Source of the DNA: Bacilli bacterium
GTDB taxonomy: Bacteria; Bacillota_I; Bacilli_A; RFN20; CAG-826
Direction of reading: 5' to 3'
NCBI GenBank assembly: GCA_045600585.1
Contig: JAZRYE010000011.1
Span: 10,981 to 74,980 of the forward strand
DNA: 64,000 bases
Position 1 is the stretch's first letter, and each line of letters begins with the position of its first letter. The notes beneath the pieces were generated by a model. The model had not been told where the DNA came from. It searched no databases and was given only the letters and a program-made list of their open reading frames with translations. The position numbers and the translations under genes were made by a program. Of this stretch, positions 56,975 through 64,000 are shown piece after piece.

Positions 56975-58093
56975 ATGGCTAAAAAAATTTGTATTTTTAC
57001 AATTAATGACTTTTCAAACTACGGAAACAGACTTCAAAATTTGGCTTTAACTAAAATGCTAACGAAGTCAGGCTATATAGTGCTCAACGGATTTTCATAT
57101 TACACAAAGAAAGAATGGGTTAATAAATCTTCTAATTTTTTTAAAAGACTATTAAAAGTTATTACTCCATTTTTTGTTTTTAAAAAGAGGGTTACTACTC
57201 GTCGCCATAAAAATATGCTTTTAATCGAAAAAGAAAAAAATTTTTTAACGTACTACCAAAAATATTGCGAAATTGGATATAAAATTGTAGATAGAAATGA
57301 CAAAGGCGTATTGAAAAAATTGAATATGCTTGGTGCTGATTATTATATTGTTGGTAGTGACCAAGTTTGGAATCCAAATTATGAGTGCTTTGATTATGAA
57401 TTTTTAACAGCTGTTCCAGCGGATAAGAGATTTTCGTTTTCTGCTAGTATAGGAGTTAGTTCTATAGGCGATAAGGCGAAAAGAAAATTTATTGATAATA
57501 TTTCAAGTTTTAAATATGTATCGGTAAGAGAAAAAAGCGCTATGAATCTAATAAGCGAACTAACTGGTTTTTGTCCATATTATACATATGATCCGACATT
57601 ATTTTTGTGCTGCGATGAATGGAATCAATTTTTAGAAAAACCTTCGTATTGTTTACCAAGTAAATATATTTGTGTGTATTTTCTTGGTGAATTACCTTTA
57701 TTTCTTTTAAATTATGCAAAAAGAAATAATCTTAACATCATTAGACTTAATGATCTAAATGACCCTAGAATATTTATAGTAAATCCTGGAGAATTTTTAT
57801 ATATAATCAAGAACGCAAATATTGTATTTACAGATTCCTTTCATGCTACCATTTTTTCAATAATTTTTCATAAGAATTTTTGGGTTTTTAGAAGGATACA
57901 AAATAACGTGCAAGATATGTTTACTAGAATTACATCTATTCTTGAAGAATTTTCCTTGGAAGACAGAATATTTAATCATTCATCTTGTATTGAAGACAAA
58001 ATTTCAGAAGAACGTTTTTGCTTTATTGATAAGCAAATTCGAGAGAAAACGAGTGTTATGTACAAAGATTTTATCAAACATCTAGATTGCTAA
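56975..58093 (+). CDS. Polysaccharide pyruvyl transferase-family protein
   Basis: NYGNRLQ, GSDQVWN, SVRE, DPT, TDSFH. Confidence 0.9.
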   Translation: MAKKICIFTINDFSNYGNRLQNLALTKMLTKSGYIVLNGFSYYTKKEWVNKSSNFFKRLLKVITPFFVFKKRVTTRRHKNMLLIEKEKNFLTYYQKYCEIGYKIVDRNDKGVLKKLNMLGADYYIVGSDQVWNPNYECFDYEFLTAVPADKRFSFSASIGVSSIGDKAKRKFIDNISSFKYVSVREKSAMNLISELTGFCPYYTYDPTLFLCCDEWNQFLEKPSYCLPSKYICVYFLGELPLFLLNYAKRNNLNIIRLNDLNDPRIFIVNPGEFLYIIKNANIVFTDSFHATIFSIIFHKNFWVFRRIQNNVQDMFTRITSILEEFSLEDRIFNHSSCIEDKISEERFCFIDKQIREKTSVMYKDFIKHLDC

Positions 58094-58115
58094 TGCTTTT
58101 AAAAAGAGAAATTTA

Positions 58116-59633
58116 ATGAACAAACAAAGAAGTTTTGGCATATTGTTACAATATTTGCAAATGGCTATTAGCATCATTGTAACACTTATATCTACTCCAA
58201 TTATATTGCGGATTCTTAGTAAGAACGAGTACGGAATATATAATTTGGCATCTTCTATCATCGCTTATCTCAGCCTTCTTTCATTGGGGTTTGGCTCGTC
58301 TTATTTGCGATTCTTTTCAAGATATAAAAAGGATAACGATAATCTTTCTATTAGGGGAATGAATGGCCTATATTTAATCGTATTTTCCATTATGGGGATT
58401 GTTGTATTGATTGGCGGATTTATTTTATCTAGTAATGCCAATATATTTTATAATAATACATATACTGCAGATGAAATCAAAATTGCGCAATTATTGATGC
58501 TGATATTATCAATTAATTTAGCTATTTCGTTTCCAATGTCTGTTTTTGTATCTTATATTACTGCCCAGGAACGTTTTATTTTTCAAAAGATGCTTAACCT
58601 AGGAAAAACATTTTTTGGTCCATTGGTTAATATCGTTTTTTTGTATTTAGGATATGGTTCTATAGGAATGGTTGTTTCTACAACGGTAATTTCTATAGTT
58701 ATTGATTTAATTAATGTGTTTTTTTGTTTGGCTCAACTTAAGATGCAATTTTCATTTAAAAACCCTAATTTCAGCCTATTAAAAGAGATTTTTGTTTTTT
58801 CATTCTTTATTGCATTAAACCAAATTATCGATCAAATAAACTGGCAAACTGATAAAGTAATTCTTGGAAAAATTATAAATGGTACCGCCGTAGCTATATA
58901 TTCTGTTGGTGCTCAAATTAACACAATGTTTACAAGTTTTTCTACGGCAGTTTCAAGCATCTTTGCACCCAAAGTAAATATGATTGTTCAAGAAAATAAA
59001 AATGATATGGACAATGAACTAACATGCCTATTTATTAAAGTTGGAAGAATTCAATGGTTTATTATGTTTTTAATTCTATCCGGGTTTATTTTCTTTGGCC
59101 AATTCTTTATTTTAAAATGGGCTGGCGATGGATATGAAAATGCATATTGGGTGGCTTTATTATTAATATCGCCTGCAATCATACCTTTAATACAAAATAT
59201 TGGTATCGAGATTCAAAGAGCAAAAAATAAACATCAATTTAGATCTATTGTTTATTTAATTATGGCTGTTTTGAATGTTGGAATCAGTATTTGGTTCGCA
59301 ATGATGTGGGGAGAAATTGGAGCTGCAATTGGAACAACTATTTCCTTGTTGGTGTCTAATGGTTTAATAATGAATATCTATTACCAGAAGAAACTTGGAA
59401 TTAATATCGCTGAGTTTTGGAAATCAATTGGAAAAACATTACCTGGATTAATAGTTCCTGTATTAAGCGGAACTGCATTGATGGTTTTCTACAATTTTAA
59501 TACATTATTGGACTTTGTTTTATTAGCTTTCGGCTATACTTTTTTCTATATTATCTCAATTTATTTCTTAGGAATGAATAAAGATGAAAAAAATATGATA
59601 AATAATATATTCAAGAAAGTGTTTAGAAAATGA
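58116..59633 (+). CDS. wzx: Wzx flippase (MOP superfamily)
   Basis: About 14 TM segments; EYGIY...LGFG; DKVILG...AVAIYSVG; GAAIGT. Confidence 0.9.
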   Translation: MNKQRSFGILLQYLQMAISIIVTLISTPIILRILSKNEYGIYNLASSIIAYLSLLSLGFGSSYLRFFSRYKKDNDNLSIRGMNGLYLIVFSIMGIVVLIGGFILSSNANIFYNNTYTADEIKIAQLLMLILSINLAISFPMSVFVSYITAQERFIFQKMLNLGKTFFGPLVNIVFLYLGYGSIGMVVSTTVISIVIDLINVFFCLAQLKMQFSFKNPNFSLLKEIFVFSFFIALNQIIDQINWQTDKVILGKIINGTAVAIYSVGAQINTMFTSFSTAVSSIFAPKVNMIVQENKNDMDNELTCLFIKVGRIQWFIMFLILSGFIFFGQFFILKWAGDGYENAYWVALLLISPAIIPLIQNIGIEIQRAKNKHQFRSIVYLIMAVLNVGISIWFAMMWGEIGAAIGTTISLLVSNGLIMNIYYQKKLGINIAEFWKSIGKTLPGLIVPVLSGTALMVFYNFNTLLDFVLLAFGYTFFYIISIYFLGMNKDEKNMINNIFKKVFRK

Positions 59634-60748
59634 TTAAAATAATTAATAAATCAAATTGTTGTGGCTGTCATAGTTGTTATAATACATGTTACAGAAATGC
59701 TATTGCCATGAAAATAGATAATGAAGGATTCTTATATCCAAAAATCGATACAACTAAATGTATCAACTGTGGACTTTGTGAAGCTGCATGTCCTATTATT
59801 AACCCCTTATCTATAGATAGATCTCCTGTAGCATATGCGGCAATTAATAAGAATGATGAAATAAGAAAACAATCGACATCTGGCGGGTTATTTACCTTAT
59901 TTGCTGAAAGTGTTATTGATAAAGGTGGTGTAGTATTTGGTGCTGCGTTTGACGACAATTATATTGTAAAACATTGTTATGTAGAAACATTTGATGAGTT
60001 AAAGAAATTTAGATGCTCAAAATATGTTCAATCTGCTATAGGCACATCTTATAAGGAAGCCAAGCATTTTTTAGATAATGGAAGACTTGTATATTTCTCT
60101 GGCACGCCTTGTCAAATAGAGGGGCTTTTCCATTTTTTAAACAAAGAATATCCAAATTTAATAACTCAAGATATTGTATGTCATGGGGTTCCCTCACCAA
60201 AAATATGGGAACTATACAAAAAATCAAAAGGAGAAATTAAAGACTTTAGTTTTAGGGATAAAAAAACTGGGTGGATTAATTATTCAATTAGAATAAATGG
60301 CTCAACTCATCTTGCATCTAATGATGAATATATGAAAGTCTTTATTCCTGGCTTTTCTATTAGACCATCTTGTCATAATTGTAAATTTAAAAAGATTAAT
60401 AGATGTAGTGACATTACTCTTGGAGATTTATGGGGTGCTAATAATATTGTTCCTGAAATGAACGATAACAAAGGTTTGTCATTATTAGTGTTGAATAACA
60501 ATAAATCAAAAAAACTATTTGATGATTTAAAAGATAAAATTGTGTTTAAAGAAATAAAACTTGATGATGCTATTAAATTTAATCCATCATATATAGTTTC
60601 GACTACAAAGCCTAAGAAAAAAAATGAGTTTATGTCTGCTGTTTGCTCATCTAATTTTTCTCAGATTGTAAATAAAAAATACTGTAAAAAGCCAAACTTA
60701 TTTAGAAGCTTAATTGTTAAAGTAGAAAGATTATTAACAAAAAAATAA
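59630..60748 (+). CDS. 4Fe-4S protein with coenzyme F420 hydrogenase beta-subunit (FrhB/FdhB)-like domain
   Basis: CCGCHSC...CINCGLCEAACP ferredoxin motifs; STSGG, SKYVQS, GTPCQ, CHGVPS, RPSCHNC, DITLGD. Confidence 0.9.
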   Translation: MIKIINKSNCCGCHSCYNTCYRNAIAMKIDNEGFLYPKIDTTKCINCGLCEAACPIINPLSIDRSPVAYAAINKNDEIRKQSTSGGLFTLFAESVIDKGGVVFGAAFDDNYIVKHCYVETFDELKKFRCSKYVQSAIGTSYKEAKHFLDNGRLVYFSGTPCQIEGLFHFLNKEYPNLITQDIVCHGVPSPKIWELYKKSKGEIKDFSFRDKKTGWINYSIRINGSTHLASNDEYMKVFIPGFSIRPSCHNCKFKKINRCSDITLGDLWGANNIVPEMNDNKGLSLLVLNNNKSKKLFDDLKDKIVFKEIKLDDAIKFNPSYIVSTTKPKKKNEFMSAVCSSNFSQIVNKKYCKKPNLFRSLIVKVERLLTKK

Positions 60749-60861
60749 AAACAGTAATAATACAAATAGATTGTTTGCGATATGTATGCGAAATATTGTC
60801 AAATATGAAAAGACACATTAAATAAAGAAACATTGAAATGAACTATATTTATATTTAGAAA

Positions 60862-62157
60862 TTGAAAACAAAAAAGTTAAAAGTAATATTGCGTAGATTT
60901 ACTTTTTTTATTGGGCAAATCGAAAGAAAAAATTTGATATGGCTAAAAAGTAATTCGCTAAGAATAGTTGAAAAATATAAAGTTTATGATTTTTGCTCTT
61001 GTGGCGATTCAAGGCTCGGTATTTGCAACGATTCTGAAAAGTGCGTTTTGAGATATACTGACACGAATCAAATAATTGATAAAATGTCTTTGGAAGATTA
61101 TATTAGAAAAATTACAAATAAAATTGCTAATGACTCATTAGATTATCTATTTGGACTTTTCTTTTATGGCGTTGACTTGAATGACATCCTTATAGACAAT
61201 GACATCTATCATGAAAAAGAAATAGAAAAAAATGATAATATTATCTTTGATCTAAATGATTCTATTAAGGGTTACTGGCAAAATGGAAATTTTAGATTTT
61301 TGATAGGCAGTGGCTTATCGCTAAAAGAATCTGGTTATGACTCATTGAATTGGGATTCATTAGTTGCTGAAATGGAAAGTGCCTTAGCAACAAAAATGCC
61401 TTCTCTTGATATCAACGAAGTTAAAAATTTTTTTGGTAATCAATACGGGATACCCCAAGCATTAAAAGATAACGATGAAGATATATATTGGCATAAGCTA
61501 CTATCTTCTATTTATCAAAACGATTTAGTATTTCCTTCTAACGAATCTTCAAATACTACATTAAAAGAAATAGCTAAAATTCTTAATGCTCAAAACAATT
61601 TAATTGATCGTCAATTTGTTGGAACTTTTAATTATGATGACAATCTTGAAAAGGAATTATCCTTTTTGCCGGACTCCGATGAATGCCCTGATTATTCTTC
61701 TTCAACTCTATTTGCTGATGAGAAAGTACCTAATCGGTTTTCATGTTTTAATAATAGCATTATAATTCTTCATTTGCATGGGTATTATCCGCGATCTTGT
61801 TTGAAAAGTACAAATATAGACAATCGCTATAAAAAATCTATTATTTTGACTGATAAAGACTATGATACTGGATACAGTGGGTCTGCATATCCAGTATCAG
61901 CACTAAAGTATCTTTTAACACAAAGCTGTACAATCATCGGAAATAGTGTTAGTGATTACGAAGAAAGAAAAAGAATTATGATTTCTTTTGATGAAAACCA
62001 TATTTTCCATTTTTTGCTTAAAGCAAGGCCAAAGAATACTGAGTTTGCTACATATTTTCAAAAATACATGCTATCCATAGGTGTTTTTGTTATTTGGTTT
62101 GAAAACAATGATCAGATTAGAGAAGAACTGCAAAAAATAGTAAAATCCCTTAAATAA
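60862..62157 (+). CDS. SIR2-like (SIR2_2) domain protein, putative anti-phage NADase
   Basis: LIGSGLS...W..L, TFNYDD, HLHG, IILT..DY, IGNSVSD; start codon uncertain (TTG). Confidence 0.8.
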   Translation: MKTKKLKVILRRFTFFIGQIERKNLIWLKSNSLRIVEKYKVYDFCSCGDSRLGICNDSEKCVLRYTDTNQIIDKMSLEDYIRKITNKIANDSLDYLFGLFFYGVDLNDILIDNDIYHEKEIEKNDNIIFDLNDSIKGYWQNGNFRFLIGSGLSLKESGYDSLNWDSLVAEMESALATKMPSLDINEVKNFFGNQYGIPQALKDNDEDIYWHKLLSSIYQNDLVFPSNESSNTTLKEIAKILNAQNNLIDRQFVGTFNYDDNLEKELSFLPDSDECPDYSSSTLFADEKVPNRFSCFNNSIIILHLHGYYPRSCLKSTNIDNRYKKSIILTDKDYDTGYSGSAYPVSALKYLLTQSCTIIGNSVSDYEERKRIMISFDENHIFHFLLKARPKNTEFATYFQKYMLSIGVFVIWFENNDQIREELQKIVKSLK

Positions 62158-62404
62158 TTATTGCTATCTACATGTTGTCTATTTATTGAACATTCTTTGT
62201 TGCTATTAAATGCCTTTGGTAACTTGCTTAGATTATTATCTGTTTAATGTAAAATACTTATTTTTTTATTTAATAGCACTATATTTAGTTAACATTGTAA
62301 TCGCATCTTTTTTTTTAATGCATTCTTTAAAACAAACATAACTTGCTATTTTGAAATCTTTTACAAACGAAAAGTCTTTATAATATTGAAAATAATGATT
62401 TAAG

Positions 62405-62422
62405 CGTGATTTATAAATCACG
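62405..62422. repeat. Perfect 18-bp palindrome
   Basis: CGTGATTTATAAATCACG; half-site CGTGATTT recurs at 62792. Confidence 0.8.
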
Positions 62423-62493
62423 TGATTCTTCTTATGTAGATTTTCTATGATATAAAAAGACTTTGCTTTTGATTTTGCAAGTCTTTCTAATGA

Positions 62494-62790
62494 TTTACTT
62501 TAGAAATTACACTAATAATTACGAATAAATCCATAAATGATATTGAGTACGAAGTTACTAAAGCTAAATTGAAAAATTCGAATAAAGTTTCTTATTGCTC
62601 AGCCTTTGATGAAGATGGTGATTTGCTATTGTATTATGCCAAATTAATGAACGACATTAAAAAATAAAAGCAATTAGTTGCAAAGAAAATAATCGGATTA
62701 AAAGAAGGAATATATGATGTTTACGAATTACTTTTATATTTTGATGATTGTGTGCTTTTTCTCACATATGAATTTCGATTTAATTATTAA
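62494..62790 (+). pseudogene. Possible gene relic (no start, one internal stop)
   Basis: One frame reads FTLEITLIITNKSINDIEYEV...LMNDIKK*KQLVAKKIIGLKEGIYDV...FRFNY*, with TAA at 62665-62667. Confidence 0.35.
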
Positions 62791-62853
62791 ACGTGATTTG
62801 ATAGAACGTACCTGATTTATTAAATTTTTATTATTAAGGCATTTTTTAAAATC

Positions 62854-64000
62854 GTAAATTCTTAAAGTAAATTCCGGTTTCCTGTTGGCAGTTTTTCCTT
62901 ATTTATTCACCGAAAAATTTAATATAAGTTTCCAAACCGAATATTAGAGTAAATGCTTCTTTAGGTGAATGACCATCTAAAGAAAATAATGGCGATTCAT
63001 TTATTGTTTTAGCGATTAGATTTACCTGATTTTGGCTATATCCATCTACCGAACTCTTTTTAGGAAAGAATTTCCTTAACTGTTTGTTCATGTTTTCTAC
63101 AGAGGCCTTTTGATTGCTCTTAAAAGCATCACAGAAGAACAAAAAGGTTCTTTGGACCCCTAATTCAAAAGAGAATTCAATTCCTTTAATATCAGCAAAA
63201 CAAGGATCCCTATCTGTAAGAATAGAAGGGAATATATCATTAAACTTGTCAAATCCTATAAGATTTTCTATCTCGTTAAAAACAGAAAGAACTTTATTTG
63301 AATTTCTGTTTTCAATTAAGTATAAAAATACAAAATGTAATTCTGGGATAATAAGGGTTAAAATAGATTTGCTGTCCGACTTAATAGATCCTAGGAAATC
63401 CATTTGGACAGTCATTTCATTGATTCTAGATTTCTTATAAGCAAGATAGTCTAGAAATGTACGATTACTACGATCAACATGGTTGTTTGGGTATTCGTAC
63501 TTTTTATTTTGCTTTTTTCTTTTCTTATACGTAACTGCATAAGGCAAATCCATTTTAGTAATATTCATTTTCTTTTCGCTTATATATCGATATACAGTAG
63601 GAAGAGAGACATCAATATTTGAAGAATGGACTATTTCATATACTGATCGTTTATTGGCTAATCCTTCCTTAAGCAATTGATTTAACGAATTATATTCTTC
63701 TTTAGTGAGATTAATTCCTTTTCTTGTTTCATGAAGTCTGAACTCATATTTCTTTTGAGCTATGCATCCATCATATTTAAGCTGAGTAAGTGTACATGTT
63801 GTGTACTTACGCGAACAAGAACCACATACATAAGGAAATCTCTCTAACTTTTTACAAAGTATTTTATTTCCCCTAATAGTGGATTGTCTTGAAATGATTC
63901 TATTTAGTTTAATTTCTTTAGCAATTGTAGTAGGATCACATCCAATTGCTTCAGCGATTTCAATACATTTATTTTCACGAGCTAACATAGATGCAATTGT
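62854..64000 (-). mobile_element. IS30-family insertion sequence, truncated by the window end
   Basis: Transposase gene plus a probable right terminal repeat near 62854-62880 (minus strand ...GGAATTTACTTTAAGAATTTAC); end position approximate. Confidence 0.8.
62903..64000 (-). CDS. IS30-family transposase (5' end outside the window)
   Basis: HTH IAEAIGCDPTTIAKEIK, Cys cluster, TVYRYI, DDE residues QMD / ILTDRDPCF / QKASVENMNKQLRKFFPK; frame open to base 64000. Confidence 0.9.
   Translation of the reverse strand, partial: TIASMLARENKCIEIAEAIGCDPTTIAKEIKLNRIISRQSTIRGNKILCKKLERFPYVCGSCSRKYTTCTLTQLKYDGCIAQKKYEFRLHETRKGINLTKEEYNSLNQLLKEGLANKRSVYEIVHSSNIDVSLPTVYRYISEKKMNITKMDLPYAVTYKKRKKQNKKYEYPNNHVDRSNRTFLDYLAYKKSRINEMTVQMDFLGSIKSDSKSILTLIIPELHFVFLYLIENRNSNKVLSVFNEIENLIGFDKFNDIFPSILTDRDPCFADIKGIEFSFELGVQRTFLFFCDAFKSNQKASVENMNKQLRKFFPKKSSVDGYSQNQVNLIAKTINESPLFSLDGHSPKEAFTLIFGLETYIKFFGE

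Noticed and set aside
59630-60748. Methanogen-type F420 hydrogenase or archaeal contamination
   Set aside because: No other hydrogenase subunits; this domain is a frequent bacterial capsule-locus component
1604-63440. The many 60-190 aa alternative-frame and antisense ORFs in the track (e.g. 10565..10927, 30001..30336, 47947..48516, 63114..63440)
   Set aside because: They overlap well-supported genes, lack RBS and motifs, and are expected shadows of biased codon usage
1-64000. Genetic code 4 (TGA = Trp) as in Mycoplasma
   Set aside because: Long ORFs are intact under code 11, Trp is TGG, and TGA ends genes at normal overlaps (51965, 59633)

Overview
AT-rich chromosomal window from a low-GC Firmicute using the standard bacterial code. 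An uncultured reduced-genome Bacilli lineage (RFN20/RF39-like) is inferred from the N-domain-less ClpB under CIRCE control and the abundance of lipoproteins. Blocks: (1) 1-11.1 kb: carbohydrate-utilisation locus (partial DUF4838-like protein, AraC regulator, 1114-aa repeat lipoprotein, GH-like enzyme, two ABC permeases, elongated ATPase) with a shared AraC-type operator. Embedded in it is a small cassette of a BECR/PBECR-like RNase gene followed by a separately promoted, cloverleaf-shaped non-coding RNA. This is the best candidate for an undescribed system (an RNA-antitoxin module). (2) clpB with two tandem CIRCE elements. (3) 13.6-39.2 kb: 13 consecutive co-oriented surface-protein genes (11 lipoproteins; InlB-B repeats, BspA LRRs, Ig-like domains, an M6 metalloprotease) containing a scar of IS200/IS605 and IS3-like ends. 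(4) AraC + SGNH + serine hydrolase; NfeD-SPFH. (5) 44.3-60.7 kb: Wzx/Wzy capsule/EPS locus with an internal LoaP-like antiterminator. (6) SIR2-like gene, a gene relic, and an IS30 element cut by the window edge. No rRNA, canonical tRNA or CRISPR array was seen. All family calls come from motif recognition by eye; no database searches or folding programs were run.
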